The notes under the pieces are model-generated. The model worked only from the letters and a program-made list of their open reading frames with translations, searched no databases and was not told the DNA's origin. Position numbers and translations under genes: made by a program. A DNA stretch of 63,954 bases, filler included, from Octopus bimaculoides (lineage: Eukaryota): assembly GCF_001194135.2 (NCBI RefSeq). It is 9 parts of 7 records of this genome, joined end to end, with 100 filler letters (N's around TTAATTAATTAA, not from the genome) between each part and the next. Parts side by side here need not be neighbours in the genome. Positions count along the whole stretch, not along the records: positions 32,675 to 58,313 come from NC_068990.1; 8 more parts are not named here. One strand, 5' to 3'. This document shows, one piece after another, positions 36,961 to 50,595 of the stretch (positions within the stretch are counted from its first letter, which is position 1; each line of letters begins with the position of its first letter).

Positions 36961-37449
36961 TCCACATGTAACAAACTTTTCACACACCTTACCCCGAGAA
37001 ACTGAACTACATCTCTTCTAAACTGCATATTTCTCTTCCTCACATTTCCTCTTCATGCACTATGATTATCTCCCACTCCTCATCCCTGTTCTTATTGCCC
37101 TGCTCACTGTATCACTGCTTATCCCCACCCTGTCTTTATACCCAGGCTTTCACCAGTCACTGCAAACCCTACTCCCTACTTGTGCCTTATTGGCAGTACC
37201 TAACCGTGTATATTATGACCTCTGTAACTTGAAGGTATGCCTTGGCAATTGCCAACATTTATCTCTCTCTTCCTTACTCTACCATCCCATCTATGCCCTG
37301 ATCCTTACTACTTGTCAGTATACACTGGCACTTCACTACCATCTCTCTCCTACACTTTTGCTGTTTCCCACTCTCTCTCTCTCTCTCACTCTCTTCCTCT
37401 CCCTATCTCTTCTCTCACTCTTTTCTCTCTCTGTGTCTCTCACCTCTGG

Positions 37450-37955
37450 CTAGGTAAGCATGTACCTCCCCTATAGCAAGACACCTGTCTCTACCTCTCT
37501 GTTTCTCTGTCACACTCTAACCTTTCATTATCTGACTCAAGATCACCTCCTCTAATGCCCCACTCCTCTATAGCAAGACACCTGTTTCTGCCTCTCTGTC
37601 TCACCTTTCATCATCTGACACAAAATCAACTCTTCCAATGTCCCCTCCTCTCTCAAAATTCCTTGTCTTGCAAATCACTTGGTGACCCTGCTGGTGCCAT
37701 GTAAAAAGCATCTAGTCCACATTGTAGTGGTTGGCATTTGGAAGGGCATCCACCTGTAAAAATCATGCCAAAACCGACTTCGCCTGTGCTGGTGTCACGT
37801 AAAAAACACTCAGTCCACTCTGTGGAGTGGTTGGTGTTGTTGGTGTTGTAAAAACCATGCCAAAACACAGTAACTTGGAGTAGTCTTCTACCTGACCATC
37901 TCCAGTCAACCGTCCTACTCATGTATGCATGAAAGACATGTTAAATAGTGATGAT
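37450..37955 (+). mobile_element. RTE-associated non-autonomous element 3' region
   Basis: Duplicated CTATAGCAAGACACCTGT, GGTTGGCATTTGGAAGGGCATCC box and (GAT)n-like tail. Confidence 0.6.
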
Positions 37956-38599
37956 ATGTATATATATTTGTATATGTATTTATGTATATATATTTACCCT
38001 TTCCATTTTTATATTTCTAACCAAAATACACCCCTTATGTATTTCAATTAAATTCTGAAATATTCGTGAATTTAAACTGGTTTCATAAAACAACTTTTTT
38101 TTTTTATTTATCAACATACTAATGTGATTTGTGAAACACAATTTTGCAAAAGTTTCTTATCCAAATCTGTTTCATAATTATTTTTTTTCTGAATGTGAAT
38201 CTACAGGTAATTTCAACAAAATATGTTCTCTAAATTTTGTTTATACATAAACATAGGAAATGAGTAATTAGCTAACATTCAATGAGTATACAGCAAAATT
38301 TTAATAGAGAAGAATTGTGCAAATTACTGAATCCTCTATCACTTGATGGCAGTGCAATTGGTGCAATGAGTGACTTTGATAACATGTTGTGTAGTAGTTA
38401 GTCAGCCACTTGTTAATGTATACATAACTGGAGAAACAAATCTGTATTTACTTTAGTGACTACACATTTGTTATTATACATTGTCTGTATATAATCATGC
38501 TATCACTAACGCTACCTTGGTGTTTTCACTACTTAAATACAGGGTTTTCTTGAATCTTGGACATTTTAAAAATAAATATAGATATATATGATGGTCTGT

Positions 38600-41500
38600 T
38601 CTGTCAGTTCAACTGATGAGGATTTGACAACCCACACTTTTCTTGTCGGTCATAAAGCTTATGCCAAACGTGACATTTGAGTCCCAACAAAGATTTGTAA
38701 AGAAGCTTGCAAATGTTGCAAGTATAAGGATTATGGGTCAGTGCAGGCAGGTATATTTGCAGCCACCTTTCTCTTTTGCCTTACACCCTGTTAATGCTGG
38801 TTAAAACAAAGTCACTTATACCATTTTAACATGATAATCTCTTTTCTGTTTGTTCCAAGGCTGTTTGTTCAAGTGTTTTGAGAGCTATATTGACTGCTGA
38901 GAGGTTACTCTTCAGCTTGTCCTGATATCTGAGCTATGGCCAACCAACATTGCTGTACCCACTGTCAAGCTAGCTGTACATGAAAACTTAGGATATTCTT
39001 TTATCACTCATTCTGACGACATGAGCAGCCCAGCACAATTGCAACTGCATAAGAAAGCTTTTGATTCCATCAGCCTTGCACTCAGTAAATAGGTCAACGT
39101 TTGACACTCTGTCTTTTAGTGTATAGCTGCAGATTGTCCTGGAATAGCCTTTGTGGAAGAATCTAGTTGGTTAATGTGTCACCTATAGGGTGTCCACAAT
39201 TCTGAGCCATACTAGAGAGTAGTAAGAATGGCAGCTTTACAAACCCGTATTTTGGTGTAAAGTTTAATGCCCCTTTTATTCCACAGGCAATGACAGAGGT
39301 TGCCAAATGCATTAGTTGAATTAGCAAAACAGATGACAATTTCATCATCAAGGAAAGCACTCAAGTTCACTTTTTTACCAAGATATGTAAATGGCTTCAC
39401 ATACTTTAGGTTTTTCCCTTCAACCTGTTTAGAAGTGTCTGGGGAATTATGAACCGGCAGCCTCTGCCTGACTTCTTGAATTTGCTTAGGAGTAGGGCAA
39501 GGTTGGTGGATTACTTCTACCTTCTTTATGCTGATGGTCAAGTCAAAGGCTTTACATGCAGCAGATCCTGAGCTTCCTCAAAGGAAGTTGCTACTAGTGC
39601 AGCATTGTCTGCAAAACAGCAGATCACAAATGATACTGGTGCATAGCAGTGCTTTGACTTTGAAACACTAATGATTGAATAGTGCACCACTTGTTTGAAA
39701 CTGGAATTTAATAGTATTTTCTATGTCATTAACAGCATACTTCAGCATCACTGAAAAGAAGAGTACAAACAAAGCAGGAGCCATGACACAACTTTGCTTT
39801 TGCCATCAAAGGAAATTGAATATTCCCTGACAAACATGGCAACAGTTTTCATTCACTCATAAAGGAAGATGATAGCATTCAACATCTTGTCAGGTATACC
39901 AAGGTCTTTAAGAACTTTTCAAAGCATTTGCTGGCTAACAGTGTCAAAGGTCTTCATAAGGTGAACAAACACCATGAACAGCTCCTGACTTTTCTCATGT
40001 ACCTTCTCAGCAATCTGACAAAGGGAAAAGATTATGTTGATTGTGTCATGGTCAGAGCGAAGTCCACACTGTGTTTCTGAATAGTTGTCATTTACAATGT
40101 GTTTGATGATCCTTTCAAGAATGAGTCTAGCAAGACTACCAGCAATAGACAGAAATGATATCCTGCAATGATTATCTCAAACGCTTCTGTTTCCTTTATT
40201 GTTATAAAGGTATTGAATTGAGGCATCCTTAAAATCCCATGGTAGATGGCCTACCCTCCGACTATTTATGAAGAGGTCGTGTAATTTCTTGAAAAGTTTT
40301 ACCCACCATGCTTGTAAATTTCAGGTGGAACAATATCCTTGCCAGGTGCTTTACTGGAAGAGATCAGTTTAACAGAGTGCATTACTTCCAGGAAGGTTGG
40401 CTTCAGAGACGACTCCAGTATTTCAGCATGTTGTGGATAGACATTATGGCATCGTTATCAGTGACCAAATTTGAGTTCAATGCAGCTTCAAAGTGCTCTT
40501 TCTATCATTTCAGGATGTTAGATTTGTCAGTTGACAGTGTCTTTCCATTGGATGAAAAAATTGGAGTAATACCATGGTCTTGAGGACCATCCATGTTCTT
40601 GAGGACCATCCATGTTCTTGAGGACCATCCATGTTCTTGAGGACCATCCATGTTCTTGAGGACATCCTAGAAAACTTTAGAATCGTTTCTGTCCACAACT
40701 TCTTAGAGCTCAGTACCCTTGGATGACAATCGAGCCTTCTTCATTTGTCTAAGAGCATGTAGGACCTGGCCTTTGCATTTATTATAAGCATTCTGTTTAC
40801 TAGATAGGCTTTTATCATTGATCTATTTTATGAGAGCTGTACATTTTATCTATCAACTGCTGGAGATGTGCTGTTATTCGAAACAATCTTGATGTTTATG
40901 AACAGGAAATCCCAGAATCTCTAAGGATGCAGAGGTGCATTGCATCATGCAGAACCTTCAAAAATGATTCAAGTCCATCACTAATATCAACAGTGTTGAG
41001 TGTAGTTACAGAGCTCAGCCTGCTTTTCAGTGGTTTTCAAAGGTAGAACATTAATGCACTTAGGCACTGATGACTTTTGTAGTCTTGTGTACATCATATT
41101 GAGTGTAGCTTTATTATGAGAACAGAATCGTCAGAGACATAGCAGGTGTTATGAAAGGAACATGTAATGTTAAAATCTTTTATGTCTCACTTCTTAATGA
41201 TAATGTAGTCTATGAGATACCAATCCTTAGATCTAGGATGCATCCAGGTTATCTTGCAACAATTTTGTTGTTGAAAGATGGTATTTGTGATGCTTAGATC
41301 GAATTCCCTGCAGACAGAGAGCACACACAGACTGTTAGAGTTCATTCAACATACACCATGACAACCAAGTACACCCTCCCATGTCTGATAGTCAGTATCA
41401 ACATGAGCATTAAAGTCACACATAAGAATATGTTTATTCCTATGTTGATGACTGGAGATGACTTTGCAGATTTGGTTGTAAAATTTATCTGTTTCTTGCT

Positions 41501-42150
41501 CAAAGCTGTCCATGGTTGGAGCATAGCAGCTGACAAGCATAGTGCAAGTGTTATGATTAGTTCAAATGTAAGTGTCAGGATGCGATCAGAAATACCTTTG
41601 GGCAGAGAAAGGATCTGGCTATTTCTGCCTTGATGGAAAAACCAGCATCAGAGTGGAGTATCTTGTTTTCATGTCTTCACCCAGAAAAATGTGTATCCAC
41701 CATTCCATCTTCCAACTGTGATGATCCTGCAGCATGAGTTGCCCTGGGTGTGACTATGTTAAAGTTGTACTTCTTTAGTTCAAGTGCAACCAGTGCTGCT
41801 TTTTGTTCTGGTCCTGAGTTATTGTCTTGGAGAGTGTGCACATTCCAAGAATCAAGGTTAATATTTCTTCTTAAATTTCTTCATGTTTCAATTGTGTTAC
41901 TGGATAACCAGACTGCTGCAACAGGCTGCTAAGTTTAAGATGAATAAGCAATGTTTAAGGCTCCTTTTCTTGCCCCTCTCCCAGTTAGGGAAAGTAGTGC
42001 TGTGTCTAAATAGATCTGCTTTATCACCACTAGAGGACATGGACAGCACCTTTACTTATGGGTTTTGTGCTAGGACAACTATCACCCAATGGTCACCAAA
42101 TGTGTAGAAATCCAGCAAGAGCGTTCCAGTAATAACCTTTACTTGTCCCC
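38600..42150 (-). mobile_element. Decayed RTE/BovB-like LINE, near full length
   Basis: APE (CYAPT, LMCDFNAHV), RT (GVKQSCVMAPALF, FADNAALV, FTYLG, KLYTKIRVCKAAILTTL) and C-terminal CNIC...SLLGLKCH zinc finger. Many stops. Confidence 0.9.
40572..40667 (+). repeat. 19-bp tandem repeat (GAGGACCATCCATGTTCTT)x~5 within the LINE
   Basis: Directly visible, period 19. Confidence 0.95.
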
Positions 42151-42790
42151 ACTGCTTTCACTCACTTGCCAGAGGACATATTTGCAAGTGGAAATGTGCA
42201 GTACTGAATGAATGAATATAAGTTGTTAGAAAACTCACATTTAAGTGGTGAAGGCTTGTATAGAACCAGCCATGCTTTTTGGAAGTGATGAGAGCAAGAA
42301 TATGGTTTACATACATACCACAATACCAAGGATAACAGACCTCAGGCTTTTTCGTCAGAGGTTTTCATCTCCTAGACAAGTTACTATAAACAAACCGGAG
42401 AGCCTAGTTTACCCTATGAGTCAGAATTTGTTGATAGAACATCAGTTTACCTCTCCCATGTGGGTTGCCTTCACCACAGCTAAGGAGCCCCATCTGCCCC
42501 ATATATATATATATATATACAAATAAATATATGAAATATATAAAATTCAAAAATATAAATAAAATAAAAATATATAAACATATAAAAAATAGAATAAAAA
42601 CAGGAGCTGAGGAAAATAACATGCAGTTTGATGCTTGAAAATTCCAAGTCTTGCACTTCCAACACATGAAGCTGAATGAAAAATGGACTGGATACATTGG
42701 CCCAGGAGGGATTGCAATCCCTGAATCAAAATCTGCATGCAACCTGGACATCAGCATGAGTAATGATTGCATCTTTCCAAGTGTATATTA

Positions 42791-43953
42791 TTAAGTTGGC
42801 AATAAAATGCAGACAGTTGGTTGGTTGAATCCCTAGAACTTTCAGAATGAGAGAACAAGGAACCATGATGGTCCTCTGGAGGATATTTGTCCTCAGCTGT
42901 TTAGATTACTGCTCCCAAATATGGCCACCACATATTGTAAAATTAGCAACAAACCAGCCAAGTGCTATAAGCATGGATTTGTAATCCATGCTTATAGTAC
43001 TTGGCTGGTTTAGAGGCAAAAAAACTCCCTTCACTTATTTTCAACTTCATCCACATTGTTGAACCTCTGTCCATGCAGAAAATGAGCCATGGCTCAAAAG
43101 AGTTAGTGATGTAATGGACTGTAGGTAGGATGAGGCAGCACTTCCAGCTCCTCAAGGTCCCTTAGGTTTGCACTTGGTCATATTGGTAGTGTGTGCTTGG
43201 GTAATGTCATGTTGTAGTAATGCATGTCTTCAATTGGTCAATACTGGATAGCAGGCTTCCAAAGCATCATATACTTGTTGCAGTTGTTGAGCATAACAGA
43301 TTATCATGGAGACAAGCACCAAATTCCACCAAACACCCCACACAACCTTCTGTTCAAACTACCCTTGTTTGGCAAGTTCTGAAGTCTGGCCAGAACAAAA
43401 CCATTGATTGCTCTTATTAAGATTATGAAAGTAGTCCATTTTTCATCCCCAGTTACAATTCAAAGCCAAAAATGAAAATCCCAAAGATTTACAAGCAATT
43501 TGAAAATGTTCACAGGTCATTGGTTAGTTCATGAGGAGATTTTCAACAATGTCTGTTTACAAAGCCAGACTTATGGAGGTGTCAGTTGATAGTGCTTTGT
43601 GAAGGATCAAGTTCTGCCAACAGTGTATGAGTGCTTATGCTTGCTGTTGTTCAACCATTTCAAGCAGAGCCTCATCTTCCACAAAAGAAGATCTCCCTGA
43701 CTTTGATTTATCTTTGCAGTTGGTGTTACCTTCCTTGAAATATCTGAACCAGTTTTGTGCCACACATTCATTGACAGTTCCTGAGCCTTCTTCATCATTA
43801 ATTTCTTTTGCCACTATCCTTGCAGTCCGTCCTTTTTTCCACAGGAGCATAAAATGGCTCCAATTGCAATTTTTTCATCAGTCATTATCAAAGTTGTAAA
43901 ACAAAAAATAAACAGTCTTAAGTCAAAATGGGTTGAATATGTAACCAACTGAT
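42791..43953 (-). mobile_element. Decayed mariner element, near full length
   Basis: HTH region (VAQNWFRYFKEG...SKSGRS), IVTGDEKW, PHPTYSP, and FFASKP..YYKHG. Termini TTAAGTTGG / CCAACTGAT, TA on the left. Confidence 0.85.
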
Positions 43954-45088
43954 CAATGCTGCACTTCTACCAACTCCCTGGGTATCGGTGCAGACTCTTC
44001 CTGCATGCAGCCATCACCATAATCACAGCTGATGACCCTTCCCTGCTCAACAAGCAAAATGAACTCATAATTAACTGCAAGTATTGCAGAAAATGCCTGC
44101 TTAACTCCTATCTGGAGCAGCACCCACCTTTGTCTTCACACCTCTCCTTCTCACTCCTTACTCTCCATCTCCATACCACCTTTCACCCTGTACACCCATA
44201 CCAAATGTTAGCTGTTCTTACCTGTTTGTTGTTGCTCTATGAGTAAGACCTGCTGTGGGCACATTAACTTGCTTGCTGCAATAATCTCTATTATAATCAT
44301 CTTTACTACGATGGGTATTGCGTTTTTTAAAAAATATATTGTTATTATCAGCTCTGGACATTGTCCTATGTCACCAGGCAAACCAACAATGAGAGCAGCA
44401 ATATCAAACTCCGTCATACACCTAATGGGTAACAACCATGGTAAAAGCGCATGCAGGAGTGATATTATGAAATACTACCACTCTGACGAAATCAGCTAAA
44501 TAAGAAAGTTGTGAAAAAGGTACAAAATTATGGTGGTGCTCCAGCATGACCTGAGCTGCATGGCTCAAATGAAAAAAAGCAATAAAAGAAATATATTAAT
44601 GTATACACACAACTGTAGGGACAGGGATGCATGTCCTCTAGCAAATGACTGTTTACATAGGACTATTACATATGTATGAATCTCAATAAGTGGTGGAAGT
44701 AGTAACTATACTAAGCTGTAATATTTATCACCACATCAATATGGCTGTTTGATGTTACTATTGTTTTATTTCCTGGTAGACCCTCTGTCAGCTGGTTACT
44801 GGTGCAGCCTGCACTCTGTGTATATTGCAAGCATGGAAGCAAACCCCTACCATCCTCTTGCAGGCGACAAGATCACAAAACCAAAGTTTTGGGTTTGTGC
44901 CCATCTTCAGTTGTGAACACCCAACTGCTAGAAATGGTAGTGATTCGCTCCAGCTCACAATATATAGAAAAATAAGTGACCATTGGTCACTGATTTTGCC
45001 ATTAATATATTTCTTTTATTTTCAGGTAGTCATAATCTTACATATTATCATTTTTAACCTATGTATTTTTCTAATTTTTGTTTAATAG

Positions 45089-45176
45089 GCTTATCTTGAA
45101 GCTGGTGACCTGTCTACAGCTTTGTCTACATTACAGAAGGCTTGTAAAAATTACCCAAATTTAATCACATCAGAAG
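45089..45176 (+). CDS. GTF3C3: Internal coding exon, TPR protein similar to TFIIIC subunit 3 (TFIIIC102/Tfc4)
   Basis: TTTGTTTAATAG| ... |GTTAGT. Encodes AYLEAGDLSTALSTLQKACKNYPNLITSE and ends in phase 1. From memory, similar to human GTF3C3 SYYEANDVTSAINIIDEAFSKHQGLVSME. Confidence 0.75.
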
Positions 45177-46199
45177 GTTAGTTTGTTTACTCACAATTTT
45201 TTGTGTTTATGTATGTATATGTATGTATTTATGTATGGCTATCTGTTTTTGTTTGGATTTGTCTCAATACTTTTACCAGCCATCTGCTTAGAGATGATAT
45301 AACTCTAACAGCTATGATTTAATCTGTTTGATTAGCCACTACTTGAAAATGCATGCTAAATTTGAAGCCTGAATTCTTGAATTTATAAAAAGTTTGCATA
45401 TATAGATCACCGCTAAGCCTCTTGCAATAATCCTCGCACGACATTCCAGACAATTTTTCCATTGATACAAACATTATATTCTAGAATATTAGAAAAAAAT
45501 CTCTCACTCAACCCAGAAAAAATAACTACCATAACATTTGGTTGAATACAACATCACACTCAACATACAACTGAGCAATGACAGTATATTTTAAAATATT
45601 GGGACTTATACTTAATACCATGCTAGAACACACTGGATAATCAAAAATCAGCCAGCAGAAAGTGCATGTATTCCCCAAATTTCATTCAACATACTTCAAA
45701 CTGTTTTCTATCAGTCTGTCATCTCATTCCTGTATATTGTATTTTTCTGCTACTTGTCACTCTTTCTGTATCGCTAGTCATCACTCCCTCTTCCCTGAAT
45801 CACTTCTATTGACATCCATCCCACACTCATATTTACCATCAGCCACCCTCCACTTTTGTTCACCATTCACTATATTCACTCTCACTCCTATTTCTAATCA
45901 TCTCTTACTTTAATCCCCCACCCACCCACACACACATATTATTGCAACTTTACCCATCCACCCTTTCTAATATTCTGTGTTTACATTCTTTTATCATTTT
46001 CTTGCATTTTAAGATTATGGTCTGGCACATGATCACTACCATATTTTCTCTTTGAGGCTACACCTCATTCTCTCCCTTTCACCCACATATAATGCTATGG
46101 AGTCAGGAAATCCTCTTCACAACAATATATCTATTTCTGCCCTTCCCATCGACACCTTTCTATTGTCCTTTCTCTCAATTAAGGGAACTCTTCAATCTT

Positions 46200-46415
46200 T
46201 TAAGTTACAAGGTGATCTCACTTGTGCTAGAACCCCCAAAAGAAAAAGCATCCAGTACAATTTATAAAGTGATTGGCATTGGGAAGGGCATTCAACTGTA
46301 GAAGTTGTGCCAAAACTGCAACACTGCAGCAAGATGTGGCTCTCTAACCTATTGGATCCTCTCAAACCATCCAGTCCATGCTAGCATGGAAAGCAAATAT
46401 GAAGTGATAGTGGTG
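46200..46415 (+). mobile_element. RTE-tailed element 3' end, intronic
   Basis: TTGGCATTGGGAAGGGCATTCAACTGTAG...CCATGCTAGCATGGAAAGC. Confidence 0.7.
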
Positions 46416-46533
46416 GTAGTAGTCATGGTATTTCTCCATTAAATTTCTTGCAGACTATTTTGAAGTGTGTTTGTAAATTAATCTTTTTTCCAGTGTATAT
46501 TTAAATTCATAATCATTTTTTTTTTTTTTAAAG

Positions 46534-46592
46534 ATATTAATACCATCCTGGAGATGCAGATATCACAGAAGATATTTGTTGAATCTCTTGAG
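46534..46592 (+). CDS. GTF3C3: Next internal exon of the GTF3C3-like gene
   Basis: (T)n-AAAG| ... |GTAAAT. Phase-compatible with the previous exon (G+AT = Asp): DINTILEMQISQKIFVESLE, versus human DVNIAAELYISNKQYDKALE as recalled. Confidence 0.75.
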
Positions 46593-47396
46593 GTAAATAT
46601 AAGCTTTAGTTGTATTCATTGAACTAATATAAAATTTTCTCTTCAACAGCACTTTGTAAACTACTTTTGTTTACCTATGCTCACTGAAAAAATATTTGAA
46701 ACCAAGTCTTCTGTTTGTCTACACATTTTTATTTTTAAAAAAATACATTTTTGCCTGTATGTATTTCCAGTTTCATAAATAACTGTTGTTGCCAAAGGGT
46801 ACAGATGTACATCCATGTACATATACCTATATACTTCATACAAATCTCATGCATACATACATGGTAATCGCCGTCAACTTATTCAGTACGACCACTTTCT
46901 GTGCTCCATTCTCTCTTTTTAAACATGTGATGTCTCCCTGTCATAGGCACTTGTCGCAAGCCCAAGACTCCACCACCTGGATACTAAAAGCACATCTATG
47001 GAGGACACAATAGTATAGATGACTAGAGAGTCATGACTGCTCTATTCTATACTAACAACTATATGTTCCCATGAGCAGGGAAACTACAAAAGTGGTGAAA
47101 TTTCATTGTTGCAGATGTACATGATTCACTGACTGTCACACTAGAACGTCTGTCGTTTGTCTGTAGTTCCAAGAAATTTGAGCCCTGAATTGCACTGGTG
47201 AAAAAGGGGGAAAAACATCAAAACTTAAGGTGGCAAACACTTGTGTGACACAAGTATCACTCTGTAGAATGTTTGAAACTATTGATAAGTAAAAAAAAAA
47301 AAACAGCAAGAGTACCAGTGACTACAAACACTGCAAATTTCATGTCAAAGTATTCTCTTCCTATATCCCTTTAAATACATGTATGCATGCATATGT

Positions 47397-47552
47397 GAAG
47401 GCACATGGCTCAGTGGTTAGAGTGTTGAGTTTATGACCGCGAGGTTGTGAGTTTGATTCCCAGACTGGGCTGTGTGTTGTGTTCTTGAGCAAGATACTTT
47501 ATTTCACATTGCTCCAGTTCACTCAGCTGTAGAAATGAGTTGTGACATCACT
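47397..47552 (+). mobile_element. tRNA-derived SINE head (family C), truncated
   Basis: GAAGGCACATGGCTCAGTGGTTAGAG...GAGTTTGATTCCCAGACTGGG; colinear with 30360-30530(-). Confidence 0.8.
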
Positions 47553-50290
47553 GGTTTAGCTTCCTGAGGTCATTCTTCAATACTTCATTCCATGTCTTCT
47601 TCTGTCTCCCACTTCCATGTGTTCCATCCACTTCAAGAGATTGGCACTTCTTTACGAAGCTGGCAGCATCCATCTGCATCACATGACCAAACCAGCACAG
47701 TCTCCTCTCTTGCACGCAGCAACAAATTCCTCTTATGCCTAACTTCTCTCTCAGAACATTGGCACTCTGTCGAACATGTACACTTACATTACACATCCAG
47801 CAGAGCATACTAGCCTCATTCCTATCTAACCTTTGCATGTCCTCTGCATTTATGACCCACGTCTCACTACCATGTGGAATTGTTGTCTGTATACATGCAT
47901 CTTGCAATCTTCTTTTCACTTGGAGAGAGAAACCTTTCATAGACAAAAGAGGTAACAGCTCTCTGAATTTCCTCCATCCTATTCTTATTCTAGGTATTAC
48001 CTAACCTCTCTATGCATCCTTCCCTACTACTAATTTGGTCCCCTAGGTAGCAGAAATTATCTACTACTAATGAGCCACCAGGGCATTTGAGAGAATCAAT
48101 TTCCTGAGCCTCTAAAGTTTTTAAGAATCCTGTGCATCTTCCACATACAAAAACTATCTTCTCTGATAACCTTCCAGTTAATCCCCTGCACCCCTTGTGT
48201 GTTCATAGCTTGCACTGGGTACACCATATGGAGTTCCTGCCTACACCTTTCCGACATATCAAACCAGGCTGAGTGGGGTAGGGTTTTCCTGTCAGTTTTC
48301 TAGCTTCCTAGGACCATAGTCTTTGCTAAGTTAGCCATAAGGCTCTTTCTTAGATTCCAGCTTTTACTTCCACATCTGGAATTTTTCCTTTAGCAGGGAT
48401 AAGGAATCTGCTATGAGGGCAAGATAATCAGCATATAGTAGTTCCCAGCCACTCATCCATCCCTAGCTTCTCAGGATGCTAGGGATGGATGAGTGAATAA
48501 TGAAAGAGCCCACCATATCACACAGTGGGGCTCTCTATCGAAGGCTTTCTCTAAATCAATGAATGCCAGGTATAATGGCTTATTCTTAGCTAAGTACTTC
48601 TTTTGCAGTTCTCTGACTATGAAAATAGCATCAATAGTACTTCTTCCCTGGACAAAGTCGGACTGCATTTCCTCTAGCCTAATTTTGCTCCTAATTAATT
48701 GGGCAATAACTTTCTCTGGAATTTTCATCACCTGGTCCAGGAGTTTGATGCCTCTATAGTTGCTTCTTTCTAATGCACCACCCTTACCCTTGTACGGGTG
48801 ATGCTACACCAGTCTTGAATGACCTGATTAACTATGTGGGTTACTAGCCCATATCATACCTTACCAGATATTTTGAGCATCTCAGCTGTGATTCCAGTTG
48901 GACCGGAGGCTTTCCCAGTTTTCATGGTTTTAATTGCTTTTTCTACCATACTGCTGTCCACTAAGATTGTTGGTCCCTCTCTTTGGTTCACATAAGGGAG
49001 ACTCCCTTTATGCCATTCATTCTCTACTCTACATTCAACAGTCTTGCATAGTGCTTTTTCCATGCTTCTTTCTTGTCCACATCATTGAGTGCAAGCATAC
49101 CATTATCCATCTGCACACACTTCTCTCCTACAATATCCCAATTATCACTGACACACTGTCTGGTTATCCAGAACACTTCAAGTCTCTGACCATCACACTG
49201 TAGGATATTGGCAAACTTCTTCTTTTCTGCTTCTACCCTAGCTGGATAGACCTGACATCTAACCTTCTGATAAGATTCTTTGCCACCACCCCCTCTTTTC
49301 CACCCCTTCCAGGCCCATCTTTTCTCTTTTATGGCCCTGCCAACATCACTGTTCTACCACCACATCACCCTTGGACTTCTATCACAGATTTGATTTGTTG
49401 TCCTTAGTAGATTGTCCTATAGGAACCTCCAATTGTCCTCTATGTCTTATGTCTCTATCTCTTCCTCCTTCTCATCATAGGATATTTCTAAGTCTCTGCC
49501 CAGTTGAGGGATCCTTGAGCTTCCACAGCCTCCTTTTCCATATTGGATTGCCTCTCAGGATCTTTCTGAAGCTAAGCCTGAAGTCACTAATCACTAGCTT
49601 ATGTTGAGTTGTACATTCTTCCCCTGGGAAGGATTTTGTATTTACAAGCATGTATTTGTCCCTGTGTCTGGTGAGGATATAGTGAAGCTGGCTGGTGTCC
49701 CCCCCAGATTGATAAGTGATCAGGTGGTTAGCATGTTTTCTGAAGTTGGTGTTGCAGACCAGTAAGCCATGAGCATCACAAAACTCCAGCAATCTTGTCT
49801 CCTCCTCATCTCTCAAGCCAAAGCTGCCATGTACACCCTGAAATCCATCAGAAGTGATCCTTATGAGTATATGCAAGTCCGGTGTGCAGAGTATGTACAG
49901 AGATAACTGTCACAGTTACATCAGACAAGACTTTTCTTAGCTTAATAATCCTATCACATACTTTGACTACCTCAGTCACCTTATCCACCCATTTCTCTGC
50001 TAGTAGAATACCTATGCCACTTAGGTCTTCATTGTTGCTTTCTCAGAAAAATTTGTATCTATGCTCTTTGCCCATAAGCAGTCTAGCAGAGACTTCTCGT
50101 CATCATGCCTCTTGGACACAGCACACATCTACATGTCTCTGCTCAAACATTTCAATTATCTCTCCAGACTTACATTTCATATAACTAACATTGATTGTAT
50201 CAGCTCCGAGCTTGTAGAACTGGTGGGGAGGGATATTTTCATCTCCAGGAAAGAAAAAGATTTTTAGAGCTATATGCATGGAGACCATGG
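47553..50290 (-). mobile_element. Decayed RTE-clade LINE (APE, RT, PHD-like finger, C-terminus)
   Basis: APE: VDVCCVQE, NFRKHANHLITYQSG, QHKLVISDF. RT: GRSTIDAIFIVRELQKKYL...AFIDLEKAFDR. C-term: RRLCWFGHVM...KKTWNEV. The RT core is partly deleted near 48490. Confidence 0.92.
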
Positions 50291-50595
50291 GCCCATGTGC
50301 TTAGGTAGAGAAATGTTACAATTGCAGTTTCAGTTTCATTCAGTTCTATGCCTAGAGGCCATGAGTCCCTGTGCTTAGTTAGGAAAATAATGTTACCAAT
50401 GCAATTTCAAATTTCTTCGCTCCCAGCGCTTTAATCAGTGGGTGCATACATTACAACTATGTGCACTGGTATATGCTCATATTTCTGCATCAAGTATGTA
50501 TGCATGCACTCAAGTCACCTTCACTAAGGTGGTTGTGAGGAATGGATGCATGGCAGAGGCATAGAGGATCTGTTGATATCGGACATGATTTTGAC

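Noticed and set aside
44473-44520. CTGACGA hammerhead box (also 5668, 38615, 44030)
   Set aside because: No stem II/GAAA/NUH arrangement downstream.
45300-46060. Possible PLE 3' remnant in the intron
   Set aside because: Only a vague AESACI similarity; no convincing GIY-YIG motif or ribozyme core.
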